Source: Promethearchaeota archaeon (GTDB taxonomy: Archaea > Asgardarchaeota > Hermodarchaeia > Hermodarchaeales > Hermodarchaeaceae). Taken from it: a stretch of DNA of 64,000 nucleotides. The stretch spans positions 32,001 to 96,000 of the forward strand of contig JBHLPH010000004.1 of assembly GCA_048939625.1 (NCBI GenBank). Reading direction: 5' to 3'. Below are positions 10,523 to 21,787 of the stretch, in pieces. The notes beneath the pieces were generated by a model, which saw nothing but the letters and a program-made list of their open reading frames with translations, had not been told where the DNA came from and did no database searches. How positions within the stretch are numbered: position 1 is the stretch's first letter; each line of letters begins with the position of its first letter. The position numbers and the translations under genes were made by a program.

Positions 10523-11314
10523 TTAAGTGGGTTTTGTCTCGGGTTCCAGTTCTGGTTCAAGCGGTGGTCCGCCTTCACGTTTGAGCAACCAATACGCTAA
10601 GACAAGGAAGATGATGGCAAAGATGGCGAAAAGACATTCGGTAAGGATTCCAGCAATAATCGGATCCATTACTGGGTACAGGACATACTGCAGAATCATT
10701 AGTGGGATATAGTCAAACAGGAAGTGCACTAGTATCGCTAAGAATGCAAAGATGAAACGACTATGCCAGACCGCTAACGCAACAAGAATCGTTGCGGATA
10801 CATGGAAGATGATAGCAATATTCCGTTCAAAAGCCCCTAAGATGAAATTAAGGACCAGATAAGATTCAGGAGGTAAGGGAATGATGGTGATGAGGAATTC
10901 ATAGAGAAAGCCATAGGTCAAAACCGTAAGTACATAGAGTAGGAGCGCTTCACAAATCCCCCAGCCGAGACCAAAACTAAGGGCATGTTTAACGGTCTTG
11001 ATGAAGGAGGGATATTTTCTCACAAATCCGTATTTAATGCCCTCCTCAAAGAGCCCAGCTAAGAATGCTCCCAAAAAAATCATGAGAGCAATGTAGATAG
11101 CATAGAAAGGCGGGGTGATAGTAAGTCCCCAAAGATCGAGGACTAGAAGAATTGGTGTTCGAGCTAGTAAGGCAATAAACCAGAAGAGTCCACCAATGAA
11201 TGCTGATAGCCACATGCTCCCTTTAGAGCGAGCAATTAACAGAAACACGAGAAATGCAGGTAGGACGGCGATGAGGCTACCAATGATAGCGACAAGAATA
11301 AGAAACAGGCTCAT
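10523..11314 (-). CDS. YhfC/PrsW-like glutamic intramembrane protease
   Basis: AGLFEE, FGLGWGICEA, FER...H, H motifs; multiple TM helices. Confidence 0.8.
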   Translation of the reverse strand: MSLFLILVAIIGSLIAVLPAFLVFLLIARSKGSMWLSAFIGGLFWFIALLARTPILLVLDLWGLTITPPFYAIYIALMIFLGAFLAGLFEEGIKYGFVRKYPSFIKTVKHALSFGLGWGICEALLLYVLTVLTYGFLYEFLITIIPLPPESYLVLNFILGAFERNIAIIFHVSATILVALAVWHSRFIFAFLAILVHFLFDYIPLMILQYVLYPVMDPIIAGILTECLFAIFAIIFLVLAYWLLKREGGPPLEPELEPETKPT

Positions 11315-11445
11315 TCTTTACACCAATTTCTCCTTAGTAATAACATGCCATAAATAACTGTAGGCATGTTTAAGGATTCATCTTTTTACTACTCTAAGAA
11401 GTGGTGAAATCCTTAAAGGAAAGAACCGGCTCAACACTCCAGTAG

Positions 11446-12711
11446 GTGAATTTCATGGTAGACCACAAAGTTCGAGATCTGGCTCTTGCTGAAACCGGTC
11501 GCAAGAAAATCGATTGGGCAGAATCGCAAATGCCTGTTCTCATGAGCATTCGAAAGAAATTCGCAAAATCTAAGCCCCTCGAGGGATTGCGGATTTCTGG
11601 TTGCCTCCATGTAACGAAAGAAACTGCAGTGCTGGTTGAAACCTTTGTTGCGGCAGGCGCAGAAGTCGCGTGGAGTGGTTGTAATCCCTTATCAACTCAA
11701 GATGATGTTGCCGCAGCATTAGTGGCAAATGATGTTTCGGTATTTGCTTGGCACAATCTAAACACGGAAGAATACTATTGGTGCATCGATCAAACGCTTA
11801 AGATTAACCCTCAACTAACCTTGGATGATGGCGCTGATCTTATTTTTCGTGTACATACCAAGCAACCCGAGTTAGTTGAGAAAATTCTCGGTGCATCTGA
11901 GGAAACCACCACGGGTGTCCATCGTCTTCGAGCGATGGCTGCGGATGGTAAACTCAAATACCCTGTCATTGCGGCTAACGATTCGGTGACGAAACGAGAA
12001 ATGGATAATATCTTTGGCACGGGGCAATCCGCGCTAGATGGTGTTCTTCGGGCCACAAATATCCTCTTTGCAGGCAGCACGGTTGTTGTCGGCGGATTTG
12101 GTCATTGTGGGCGAGGACTTGCCCAACGTGCTCGAGGGTTAGGTGCTGACGTCATTGTAACCGAGGTTGATTATCTTCAAGCCTTGAAGGCGCGTATGGA
12201 AGGGTATCGTGTGATGCCCATGATTGAAGCAGCTCGTCTTGGAGATGTATTTATCACGTCTACAGGCATGCGTGATGTGATTACCAAGGAGCATTTCAAA
12301 GTCATGAAGGACCGAGCAATTTTAGCAAATGCTGGTCACTTCAACGTTGAAGTCAATGCTGAAGAATTAGCAAAGATGGCTAAAAGTGAGCGTGTAATTC
12401 GGGAAAATAACCGCGAGTACACGTTGAAGGATGGGCGTCGGATTTACCTCTTAGGTGAAGGTCGATTGGTCAACCTTGCTGCTGCTGAAGGTCATCCATC
12501 ATCGGTGATGGACCTATCTTTTTCCAACCAGTTCTATGCGATGCTATACCTGAAAGAACATCATAAAGAGCTGTCTAACGAAGTCTATGTGCTTCCTCGA
12601 GAAATTGATCAAACCATTGCTAAATTGAAGCTCGACTCCATGGATATTAGTATCGACCAACTAACTCCCGAACAACAACGCTATCATCAAGCCTATGCAG
12701 AAGGCACCTAA
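11446..12711 (+). CDS. ahcY: Adenosylhomocysteinase
   Basis: CLHVTKET, CNPLSTQD, EETTTG, EGRLVNLAAAEGHP. Confidence 0.97.
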   Translation: MNFMVDHKVRDLALAETGRKKIDWAESQMPVLMSIRKKFAKSKPLEGLRISGCLHVTKETAVLVETFVAAGAEVAWSGCNPLSTQDDVAAALVANDVSVFAWHNLNTEEYYWCIDQTLKINPQLTLDDGADLIFRVHTKQPELVEKILGASEETTTGVHRLRAMAADGKLKYPVIAANDSVTKREMDNIFGTGQSALDGVLRATNILFAGSTVVVGGFGHCGRGLAQRARGLGADVIVTEVDYLQALKARMEGYRVMPMIEAARLGDVFITSTGMRDVITKEHFKVMKDRAILANAGHFNVEVNAEELAKMAKSERVIRENNREYTLKDGRRIYLLGEGRLVNLAAAEGHPSSVMDLSFSNQFYAMLYLKEHHKELSNEVYVLPREIDQTIAKLKLDSMDISIDQLTPEQQRYHQAYAEGT

Positions 12712-12797
12712 CCAATCAATCCTGCCCAACACGAGCACTTTTCAGTGAGAACCAATCGTAATCTAACCCCTAAACATGAACTGAAGGTGGATTCGGT

Positions 12798-13580
12798 TTG
12801 TCAGATGTAAAACCCTTTATGCTCGCCAAACTCACCTGGGAAGAAGCCAAAGCCCTCTTCGAAGAAACAGACATCGCCATCATTCCCGTCGGTTCCCAAG
12901 AGCAACATGGCCCGGCACTTCCGCTTGATAATGATGCCTTTCAAGCTCAAGAGTTTGCTTACCTTGTTGCGGATAAGCTTTGGCCAAAAATCAAAACCGC
13001 AATTGCACCCCTTATCTCCTATGGCGTCTCGCCTCATCATATGCCCTTTTCTGGCACCATCACCCTCCGACACGAGACCTTTATCGACCTGATTGTGGAT
13101 GTTGGAAAAAGTCTTGCACAGCACGGTGCAAAGAAAATCATCGTCATGAATAGCCATGGAGGCAACACAGCAGCCTTATCCATAGCTCTTCGAAAGCTTC
13201 ATGATGAGGAAAGTTTGTGGTGTGTGGGCATCGAATGGTGGAAAATCACTAGCGATTTAGTAAAAGAAACCTTTGAACCACCCCATTTCCATGCAGATGA
13301 AATGGAAACCTCCGTTGCCTGGGCTCTTGGGCAACGAGTGCTCGAAGACAAGCGCGTGGATGAACCCGGTCGCGAACCAATTCCCGGATTTACTAAAGCT
13401 ACTATGTTTCCCCCGCAACCCCACATCATGCCCATCTGGGATACTACTGACTTTACTGATTCGGGCACAATTGGGTATGCAACACGTGCTGACCCGAAAA
13501 AAGGTCAGAAAATTGTGGATGAGGCGATTAACCGCATTAGCGCATTTATCGAAAAAGTCGCTAAAACGAAAAAGAGCTAA
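12798..13580 (+). CDS. Creatininase family amidohydrolase
   Basis: PVGSQEQHGPALPLDND, NSHGGN, HADEMETS. Confidence 0.9.
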   Translation: MSDVKPFMLAKLTWEEAKALFEETDIAIIPVGSQEQHGPALPLDNDAFQAQEFAYLVADKLWPKIKTAIAPLISYGVSPHHMPFSGTITLRHETFIDLIVDVGKSLAQHGAKKIIVMNSHGGNTAALSIALRKLHDEESLWCVGIEWWKITSDLVKETFEPPHFHADEMETSVAWALGQRVLEDKRVDEPGREPIPGFTKATMFPPQPHIMPIWDTTDFTDSGTIGYATRADPKKGQKIVDEAINRISAFIEKVAKTKKS

Positions 13581-13621
13581 TGTAGTACGGGATTCGGTTT
13601 TTTGGATTTGCTGAATTCACT

Positions 13622-14602
13622 TTACTCTGCAACTTCTTTCTCTTTTGTGAACCAGTAGAGAAGCAACACAATGGCCACTATAACAGAGATGGCAACTGCA
13701 AGAGGAGTTAGTAGGGGGAGAAGGGGTTGTGGAGGTATTTCGTTTACCACGCCCATGATGACTTGTGCGAGTTCAAGATTGCCTGCATAATCAAAAGCTA
13801 AAGCTTCAATTGCATAGACAAACCATCCAATTGCTGTCGTAGTATTCCAGGCATACGTGTATGGTGCTGAAGAAAACGTTCGGTTAATAATGGGATAGTC
13901 CGAAATGGACTGGGATTCTGTGATGGTGAGTTCAACTCTTTGAATGCTACTTCCTTCATCATAAGCACGGATTGTGATGTTAACTATGGTTCCACCAGGA
14001 ATAATCCTGGCATCTGGAGGACTATCAATTATCACCTGAGGTCTAGTCTCATCAATGATGGTGTAATGGTAGTAGGAACTGCCGTTCATTTGAATAGTTG
14101 AAAAGCTACTGATATCAGTGGCGTTGATATAGTATTCAACAAAACTTAGCCAAGGCTGTGCAGGTATTACAGTAGAATATTCAGCTCGGGTTATATTTGC
14201 CATTGGAATGGAAGTCCAGGTTCCATTATCTACTCGGTAGAAAAGAGTCACATGGCTAATGCTGCTCGTGTTTTCGAGTACGTCGCAGGTTATGATGGGA
14301 GTATCCGAATATTCGACCATCGATGGGTTCTGCGAAATATTACCAACAATTGGTCCTAGATTTAGCGATCTTGTTTTTTCTAGAACAGAAAGGAGTTTGA
14401 TTTCAGGAGTGTCAATTTGAGTAGCATATGAATTGTGGCAGTTTGAGGATGAAGGCGCGAGAAGTAGGATTCCAACCTTGGTAGGAGCTAGGTGTTGGAC
14501 ACTACTCGAAATAAGTAGTAAAGATGAGAAAAAAACAAGACCAAGTAAAAGAGACCGACGCATTGTATCCCCAAATACTGTAAAATTACAAATGTAAATC
14601 AA
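13622..14602 (-). CDS. Secreted, C-terminally anchored Ig-like domain protein (likely start 14563)
   Basis: Signal-like MRRSLLL..., 'VEYYINATD', 'AFDYAGN', C-terminal TM. Confidence 0.7.
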   Translation of the reverse strand: MIYICNFTVFGDTMRRSLLLGLVFFSSLLLISSSVQHLAPTKVGILLLAPSSSNCHNSYATQIDTPEIKLLSVLEKTRSLNLGPIVGNISQNPSMVEYSDTPIITCDVLENTSSISHVTLFYRVDNGTWTSIPMANITRAEYSTVIPAQPWLSFVEYYINATDISSFSTIQMNGSSYYHYTIIDETRPQVIIDSPPDARIIPGGTIVNITIRAYDEGSSIQRVELTITESQSISDYPIINRTFSSAPYTYAWNTTTAIGWFVYAIEALAFDYAGNLELAQVIMGVVNEIPPQPLLPLLTPLAVAISVIVAIVLLLYWFTKEKEVAE

Positions 14603-14640
14603 TACTTAACCAGATTCTTTAGGTTGCCTATATGCCAGTT

Positions 14641-15150
14641 TTAAATAACTTCGATAACATCTCTTTCCCGGACTTCTCGCTTGCTGCGAATGCCCATAAC
14701 GCCAGCGGCTAATCCTAAGAACACACCAATGAGGAGGCTAAAGCCTCCAAAGGCTATGGCGATGAAACTGATGAAGAGTGTAAAAATGGAGAACACGAGA
14801 ATAAGCGCAGCACCTGCTCGTCGGTTGATAAATCGCATAAGCGCAGCACCTAGCAGGAGCATGAGGGAATAGAAGATCGATACGCCAATCATGGTGCTCA
14901 TCATCATTAGCATCATTGCTTGGTAGGACAAGAACCAGGGGTCACCTCCAGGAGCCATCCAAAGGAGTGTTTGCCGGATGATTTCGGTGATTTGGTAAAT
15001 GGCAAAGAGATTGAACACGATAGCAAAGAGCGCAATGGCGGGTTCCCGGAGAGGCTTCTCAGGATCCCCTTTGATGAGTTCACTTACCAGAGTCTGTTTT
15101 TCCGAAAACACATTCCAGCCTCCAATGTCATTTACTATGAATAGGTTCAT
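14641..15150 (-). CDS. Hypothetical membrane protein
   Basis: About four hydrophobic helices. Confidence 0.6.
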   Translation of the reverse strand: MNLFIVNDIGGWNVFSEKQTLVSELIKGDPEKPLREPAIALFAIVFNLFAIYQITEIIRQTLLWMAPGGDPWFLSYQAMMLMMMSTMIGVSIFYSLMLLLGAALMRFINRRAGAALILVFSIFTLFISFIAIAFGGFSLLIGVFLGLAAGVMGIRSKREVRERDVIEVI

Positions 15151-15244
15151 GTCCTAGAAGTAAAAGCTTTTAGGTATAGGCTCCTAAAGAAAAACCATTA
15201 GGGTTCGGAAGGGAATAGGGCTGTATCGATACACCATAAAACGA

Positions 15245-18010
15245 ATGCAGCGGAACTGGAAACTCACCTTAGCCATTCTAATTGGCGTCGTTATCGGTAC
15301 CACACTTTTTGCCAGCGCCAATATCGCTAGCGCCGCCACCCTCAATTATATGCTCCAAGAAACCCTCCAAAGCGTTCCTATTGACTTCTCCTACTCCCCC
15401 GAGTATACCCATATCCACGGATACCCGAATAGCACTAACCTTCCGCTGTATCAAACCACCATTGAGGGAGTAGAAGGAGTTCTAGGAACCCATGTTTTAG
15501 CCCACCATTTCAACTATTCATATGGATTCGAAGATTATGTAATCTCAGTAACCACAGGAATCTCCGAAGATTCTCCAGTATGGATTGGTTCGAGTATCAC
15601 TGGTGCCTCCACTCTGGGAACCAATGAAACCTACATTTTACAGCGATCCAGCGATTTAAGCCAATATCCCATTGGGAGTAATTGCACAATTACTATCCAT
15701 GTCGAGAGATGGTCAACGGAACCACTACTTATCAACCTAACCTTGGATGTTGTGGGAATTATCGAATTGACTGATGAAGGATTGAGCCATTTAGGCGAGG
15801 GGGCAATATATCCAAACCCATATTATGGCCGACAAAATGGCTTTATTGTTGATCTCAATCAAACACTTCTCCCTATTATTGATGCCATTGGTAAGTTACC
15901 CTCTTTTCAGTGGGCTGCTGTTCACCCAAAGATTCACATCTATATAGATCGAGGTCGCCTCATTAATCCTTTTGATGTAACGGTATCGATTCAGCAAATC
16001 AACTTGATTGAACAACAAATCAGAAACGAATTAGGATTATCGAGTTATGATTACAGTCTCCAGAATCATCTATCCGTATTTTTGATTATTTTTAGCAGTT
16101 TTGCTGAAAACCAGAAGTATACTTTTCTTCTTATTTCAATGCCCATCTTCTTCATCGCCCTTTATGTGGGAATTACACTAAATGACGTGTCTTTCTCGCT
16201 TCGGCGTCGAGAAGTCGGGTTGTATTTGACCAAAGGTCAAACCCGTCAAGAAATTACTGGTATGTTTGTCATAGAGGGTTTCGTTGTAGGAATTCTTGCC
16301 AGTATACTAGGATTAGCCCTAGCCTTTGCGTTAGTACCCTTCTTCATGGGATCAGGAAGCTATACACCATTGAATCCCCTTCTAGTGGGTCTAGATACCC
16401 TCTTTCTCACCTTTGCTTTCGGTATCTTTCTTGCCGTGATCGCTACCTATTGGCCAGCCCGCAAAGCAGTCCAAATCCCCACGACTGAGGCGATTCGAGA
16501 ATACACTCTTGCCGGTGAACCCACAGGTTACAATAAGGCGATAGCTTGGACCTGCCTTGTTTTAGGCACGTACAAATTAGTTATTTGGATTTTTAGTATT
16601 AATATCGCGAGTTTGCTTCAGGATATCCTTTTTACGAACCCAATCCTCAGTATAGCTGTGGCAATTTGGCTATTGGTGGATTCAGTTCTTAGTTTCTGGG
16701 CACCACTTCTGTTCTTCTATGGGTTCACGATTATTTTGGTTAAAGGCTCCACACGATTTCACGAAAATGCATCACGATTTATTCGCAGAATTATGGGAGA
16801 CCTTGGTGGTGTCGCTGCTCATACTATCCGTCGCCGACCAGGTAGGACTGCTGCAGTCATTTTTATCACTACGCTACTGGTGGGATATAGTGTTCAAACC
16901 GTGGGGATTATTGCAGCTCAACAAGACTTAGTCATAAGAACAGTATACAAAGACGTGGGAGCGGATTTGAAGGTTCAGGTCCGATATCCTGATAACGTAA
17001 CCAACATGCTTGAAGTGATTCGAGCTATACCAGGAGTTGGCGGAGCAAGCTTTGAATTCACGTTTTCGATGCTAACATCATCCGGGAGTACTCAAGTTCG
17101 TGCCATCAATATCAGTGAGTGGATCAATGTTGCTTATTGGGAGTCCGAATGGTTTCCAATACAACCTGCCTCTATTGCGTTACAGCTGTTAGAAGAGAAT
17201 AATCAGTCCATCATCTTAGAACGACTTCGCGCAGTGGAATTGAACATTGAATTAGGCAACTACCTTTCAGTTGAATTTCCAGTGATAGGATTTCAAAGCA
17301 TGCAAGTTGTTGGGTACTTTGGTCCGGAACCAGAGAACCTGGGAAGCTGGGGATATAGTTATTGGTTGGCTGAGTCCACTTGGTCCTATATTTCATATGA
17401 ACACTACCAGGAACTACGCCCAGGACTCGGCTCCGAATCGGGGTATATATTAGTCGCGCTTCAAAATCCTGCATTCAATGATGAGGTCGTTAATGCGATT
17501 GAAGCCTTAGATGACGTTGAGAGCGTCGAATCATCACTTGAGATTTTGGGCGAGTTCAGTACCAATGTTTTTCTGAACGCAAACATCAACATGATGTATA
17601 TGGGATTACTGTTTGCATTTCTGTTGGCATCCCTCGGAACTGCGGTCATCATATTTTTGACCTTGCGGGAACGGCGAACGACTACTGCCTTGATGAGTGC
17701 TCGAGGAATGACTTACGGGCAGACTATAAGAACCCTAGTGGCTGAAACGTTAACAATCATCGGCTTCGCACTTATTGTTGGACTCCTTGTTGGACTGATC
17801 GTGCTATATGGTTCTGTCCGCGGTTCAGTGGGTGTGGGAGGATTCGTTGGCCTCCCAGCTCTATTAGTCGCTCGATTCCTGCCAGCACCCTTCGTGGGAT
17901 TGATGACAGTACAATTAATCGCATTATTAGCCGTCCTCCTCGGAGCCACCCTAATACCGATTCTCATTGAGGCATATACTGCCCGCTATGATACATCCAT
18001 CTTGAGGTGA
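15245..18010 (+). CDS. ABC transporter permease, duplicated FtsX/MacB type
   Basis: 'RRREVGLYLTKG' and 'ERRTTTALMSARG' FtsX motifs; followed by ATPase. Confidence 0.9.
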   Translation: MQRNWKLTLAILIGVVIGTTLFASANIASAATLNYMLQETLQSVPIDFSYSPEYTHIHGYPNSTNLPLYQTTIEGVEGVLGTHVLAHHFNYSYGFEDYVISVTTGISEDSPVWIGSSITGASTLGTNETYILQRSSDLSQYPIGSNCTITIHVERWSTEPLLINLTLDVVGIIELTDEGLSHLGEGAIYPNPYYGRQNGFIVDLNQTLLPIIDAIGKLPSFQWAAVHPKIHIYIDRGRLINPFDVTVSIQQINLIEQQIRNELGLSSYDYSLQNHLSVFLIIFSSFAENQKYTFLLISMPIFFIALYVGITLNDVSFSLRRREVGLYLTKGQTRQEITGMFVIEGFVVGILASILGLALAFALVPFFMGSGSYTPLNPLLVGLDTLFLTFAFGIFLAVIATYWPARKAVQIPTTEAIREYTLAGEPTGYNKAIAWTCLVLGTYKLVIWIFSINIASLLQDILFTNPILSIAVAIWLLVDSVLSFWAPLLFFYGFTIILVKGSTRFHENASRFIRRIMGDLGGVAAHTIRRRPGRTAAVIFITTLLVGYSVQTVGIIAAQQDLVIRTVYKDVGADLKVQVRYPDNVTNMLEVIRAIPGVGGASFEFTFSMLTSSGSTQVRAINISEWINVAYWESEWFPIQPASIALQLLEENNQSIILERLRAVELNIELGNYLSVEFPVIGFQSMQVVGYFGPEPENLGSWGYSYWLAESTWSYISYEHYQELRPGLGSESGYILVALQNPAFNDEVVNAIEALDDVESVESSLEILGEFSTNVFLNANINMMYMGLLFAFLLASLGTAVIIFLTLRERRTTTALMSARGMTYGQTIRTLVAETLTIIGFALIVGLLVGLIVLYGSVRGSVGVGGFVGLPALLVARFLPAPFVGLMTVQLIALLAVLLGATLIPILIEAYTARYDTSILR

Positions 18011-18019
18011 AATGAAACA

Positions 18020-18910
18020 ATGGCATTCATCGAAGTAGAAGATCTGGTTCGAGTATACCGCATGGGACAAGTCGAAGTCCGAGCACTTCGAGGTCTCAAC
18101 CTGAGCGTCAATGAAGGCGAACTCGTCGCAGTGATGGGGCCATCTGGCTCAGGCAAAACTACATTACTAAATATTCTTGGAGGTCTCGATCGATCCACCG
18201 CTGGCCAAGCGAAGGTGGGGGATGTGGATTTGACCTTTCTCTCCAGGAAACAACTTGTCATGTATCGGCGAAACGTGGTTGGACATATCTTCCAAACCTT
18301 GAATCTCATCCCAACCTTATCAGCGGCAGAGAACATTTCACTCCCTATGATAATCGCCCAAGTTCCCCGTAGTGAAAGACGTGCGCGAGTTGATGAGTTA
18401 CTGGATATTGTTCAGCTATCAGATCGGGCCCATCATAAACCTGACGAGTTAAGTGGTGGGGAACAGCAACGGGTAGCAATTGCTGCAGCCTTAGCCAATG
18501 ATCCACCTGTGGTCTTAGCTGACGAACCGACTGGCGAATTGGATTCTGAAACTTCAAAGACTATCGTGGATTTTTTGGGACAAATTAATCGTAAATATAA
18601 CAAAACCATTGTGATGGTCACTCATAACCCGATTGTAGCAGCTGCAACACAGCGGATTCTTCGTATTGAGGACGGGGTGATTATTGCGGCCTATACACCT
18701 GCTGAACTGGAGGCAGGAGCAGAAGGACGTCAAGTAAGCTTTGTGGATCAGATGCAGCAGCGTACTCGTAAATTAGAAGCCGAATTGAAAGAGCTAGATA
18801 AAAAGTTCAAGAAAGGCGAAGTCACTGGGGATGAATATGTCGATGAACGACTTCGATTGAAAGCCGCAATTCAAGGGCTGGAAGATGAAATCCACCGCCA
18901 CGGTGGCTAG
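18020..18910 (+). CDS. ABC transporter ATP-binding protein (LolD/MacB type) with helical C-terminal extension
   Basis: [25 protein letters not shown]. Confidence 0.95.
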   Translation: MAFIEVEDLVRVYRMGQVEVRALRGLNLSVNEGELVAVMGPSGSGKTTLLNILGGLDRSTAGQAKVGDVDLTFLSRKQLVMYRRNVVGHIFQTLNLIPTLSAAENISLPMIIAQVPRSERRARVDELLDIVQLSDRAHHKPDELSGGEQQRVAIAAALANDPPVVLADEPTGELDSETSKTIVDFLGQINRKYNKTIVMVTHNPIVAAATQRILRIEDGVIIAAYTPAELEAGAEGRQVSFVDQMQQRTRKLEAELKELDKKFKKGEVTGDEYVDERLRLKAAIQGLEDEIHRHGG

Positions 18911-19018
18911 TCACTCATCTTAGGAAGCTAATGAAGCAGAAACGGAAGTATTAATTGCACTTTTCCCTCCTTTGATGCATAGCAAGATCGTTTCATTGAA
19001 TCAGGAGCCAGTTGAAGT

Positions 19019-19546
19019 ATGCCATTTCGTGATTACATTGCTGCCCCTCACAAACTAGTGTATATCGAGGGAAAAGATCGGTACGAAATTCCGTGTATTT
19101 TCTGTGCAATAATTGAAGGCAACCCACGTGTGAAAACCAAGATTGTGTATCGCGATTCTAAGTATATGGTAATTCTGAACATGTTTCCATTTAACCCCGG
19201 ACATGTGATGGTGGTCCCAATTCAGCATATTGAGAAACTTTCTGAATTCAGTCGAGAGGAATTGAATGCTTTCTTTCAGATGGGTGCAAAAACAGTGCGC
19301 CTTGTGGAAACCGCTTTCAACCCAACCGGTGTAAATATGGGGTTGAACATTGGTTCTGCAGCTGGGGCAAGCATAGAGCACCTCCATCTGCATATCGTTC
19401 CCCGCTACCCACGCGAATTAGGTTTCATGGAAACAGCCGCCGATACGCGAACTTTGGTAATGGATGCTGAAACCACTTTCAAACGATTAAAACCGCATTT
19501 GCATATTCTACAGGAAGACTTAGGCGAAGAAGCAGGAGGAAAGTGA
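19019..19546 (+). CDS. HIT family hydrolase
   Basis: CIFC, PFNPGH, HLHLHIVPR. Confidence 0.92.
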   Translation: MPFRDYIAAPHKLVYIEGKDRYEIPCIFCAIIEGNPRVKTKIVYRDSKYMVILNMFPFNPGHVMVVPIQHIEKLSEFSREELNAFFQMGAKTVRLVETAFNPTGVNMGLNIGSAAGASIEHLHLHIVPRYPRELGFMETAADTRTLVMDAETTFKRLKPHLHILQEDLGEEAGGK

Positions 19547-20091
19547 CATTGGGGAAAAAACGTACCACTGACCATCATGGTATGGTCCAAGTGTATACAG
19601 GACGCGGAAAAGGTAAAACCACCGCGGCATTGGGTCTGGGCCTTCGAGCAGCAGGACATGGTTTTGAAGTGTATATGATTCAGTTCATGAAAGGTCAGAT
19701 TAATTATGGGGAACTCGAAGCGGTGAAACATATTCCGAATTTCACGATTCGACAGTTTGGGCGTCCAGATTTTGTAGATAAAGCAAATCCTGATCCAGTG
19801 GATATCAAATTAGCAAGAGAGGCGCTTGATCATGCCCGAGACATTATCAACGAGGGAAAGGTGGACTTTCTGATTCTCGATGAGGTCAATGTGGCTTTAG
19901 ATTTCCGATTAGTCACAGACCAGGAGGTCTTGGCGTTGATCAAGTCGCGTCCACCTCAAATGGAGCTCATTTTAACCGGACGTTATGCACCTCCAGCGAT
20001 CCTGGAAATCGCGGATTTAGTGAGTGAAGTAAAAGAGATTAAACATCCATACCAGAAGGGAATTGCAGCACGAAAAGGCGTTGAAATGTAA
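19543..20091 (+). CDS. cobO: Cob(I)alamin adenosyltransferase (CobO/BtuR)
   Basis: YTGRGKGKTTAA, QFMKG, ILDE, TGR, KHPY. Confidence 0.95.
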   Translation: MTLGKKRTTDHHGMVQVYTGRGKGKTTAALGLGLRAAGHGFEVYMIQFMKGQINYGELEAVKHIPNFTIRQFGRPDFVDKANPDPVDIKLAREALDHARDIINEGKVDFLILDEVNVALDFRLVTDQEVLALIKSRPPQMELILTGRYAPPAILEIADLVSEVKEIKHPYQKGIAARKGVEM

Positions 20092-20113
20092 GGCATAGGC
20101 AAGGTGATGAGGA

Positions 20114-21787
20114 GTGACGAAGAACCGGCGTGTCAAGAAGGCGCTCCGTGACTGGGAAACGAATGTGCTTACGCCATATAAGAAAAGGAGCCCTGAACGT
20201 GCCGACCAGTTCATGACTACCTCGAGTAAACCGGTGAAAAACCTTTACACGCCAGAGGATGTACCTGAGTTCGATTATCTGCAGGACCTAGGGTTTCCTG
20301 GTCAACCCCCGTTTACGCGTGGGGTGTATCCGACGATGTTTCGTGGTCGACTATGGACCATGCGAATGTATTCGGGTTTTGGGAATGCAGCACAAACGAA
20401 TGAACGATACCGGTATCTCCTCGAACAGGGACAAACGGGACTCAGCGTCGCCTTTGACCTTCCAACCCAGATTGGCTATAATTCCGACCACCCGATGGCA
20501 GCGGGCGAAGTCGGTAAATGTGGAGTCTCGATACCTTCAGTTGAAGATATGGCCATTCTCTTCCAAGACATTCCATTGGACAAGGTGAGTACTAGCATGA
20601 CCATCAACGCGCCAGCGTCAGTATTGCTGGCGATGTATGTTGCCATTGCGAAACGCCAAGGAATCGAGCCCAGGGTTCTCCGGGGTACAATTCAAAATGA
20701 TATTCTGAAAGAGTACGTAGCACGAGGAACCTATATCTATCCACCAGAGCCTTCGATGCGCCTCATCACAGATACTTTTGCTTATTGTCAAAAGGAACTC
20801 CCACGCTGGAACACTATCAGCATCAGCGGGTATCATATTCGGGAAGCAGGAAGTACGGCGACACAAGAAGTGGCTTTTACCTTTGCTAATGGGATTGCGT
20901 ATGTTAATGCAGCAATTGAAGCAGGTCTTCAAGTTGATGAATTTGCCCCACGCCTGTCTTTCTTCTTTGGAGCGCACAACGATCTTTTCGAAGAAGTAGC
21001 AAAATTCCGAGCTGCACGTCGCTTATGGTATAAGATCATGCGGGAACGATTCAATGCTGAAAACCCCCGATCATGGCTGCTTCGATTTCATACGCAAACT
21101 GCTGGGTGTAGTTTGACAGCTCAACAACCTGAGAACAACATAGTTCGAGTTACAATGCAAGCACTTGCAGCAGTGATCGGAGGTACTCAATCACTGCACA
21201 CAAACTCCATGGACGAAGCCCTCGCTCTTCCAACCGAAAAGGCAGCGACTATCGCTTTACGCACCCAACAAATCCTTTCCCAAGAAAGTGGTGCTGCTAA
21301 CACTATTGATCCCTTTGCTGGCTCTTATTATATAGAGAATTTAACCAATGACATCGAAGAGGGAGTCATTAGCTATCTTGACCGTATCGACAAAATGGGT
21401 GGTGTTTTACGGGCGATTGAAGCAGGATACATCCAACGGGAAATCCATGATAGTGCATATCGCTATCAACGAGAAATCGAAACAGGCAAACGCGTTGTTG
21501 TTGGTGTGAACCAGTTTGTTATCGCAGAAGAAGAGCAAGCCACTGACTATCTGCGGGTTGATCCAGCAGTAGAAAAGAGCCAAAATCGGAAGCTTGCCCA
21601 ATTGCGGAAGAGGCGTGATGCAAAAGCGGTGGAATCAGCTCTCGATAGGATAACGGTTTGTGCAGAAGGCACTGAAAACCTGCTTTATCCAATTATTGAT
21701 GCCGTCGAAGTTCAGGCTACATTAGGAGAAATTTGTGACGCTTTACGCTTTGTTTTTGGAGAGTATAAGGCGCCTCAGATTTTCTAG
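20114..21787 (+). CDS. Methylmalonyl-CoA mutase, large substrate-binding subunit
   Basis: WTMRMYSGF (Tyr) and [11 protein letters not shown] (Arg) are MCM-type determinants; ISISGYH. Confidence 0.92.
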   Translation: MTKNRRVKKALRDWETNVLTPYKKRSPERADQFMTTSSKPVKNLYTPEDVPEFDYLQDLGFPGQPPFTRGVYPTMFRGRLWTMRMYSGFGNAAQTNERYRYLLEQGQTGLSVAFDLPTQIGYNSDHPMAAGEVGKCGVSIPSVEDMAILFQDIPLDKVSTSMTINAPASVLLAMYVAIAKRQGIEPRVLRGTIQNDILKEYVARGTYIYPPEPSMRLITDTFAYCQKELPRWNTISISGYHIREAGSTATQEVAFTFANGIAYVNAAIEAGLQVDEFAPRLSFFFGAHNDLFEEVAKFRAARRLWYKIMRERFNAENPRSWLLRFHTQTAGCSLTAQQPENNIVRVTMQALAAVIGGTQSLHTNSMDEALALPTEKAATIALRTQQILSQESGAANTIDPFAGSYYIENLTNDIEEGVISYLDRIDKMGGVLRAIEAGYIQREIHDSAYRYQREIETGKRVVVGVNQFVIAEEEQATDYLRVDPAVEKSQNRKLAQLRKRRDAKAVESALDRITVCAEGTENLLYPIIDAVEVQATLGEICDALRFVFGEYKAPQIF

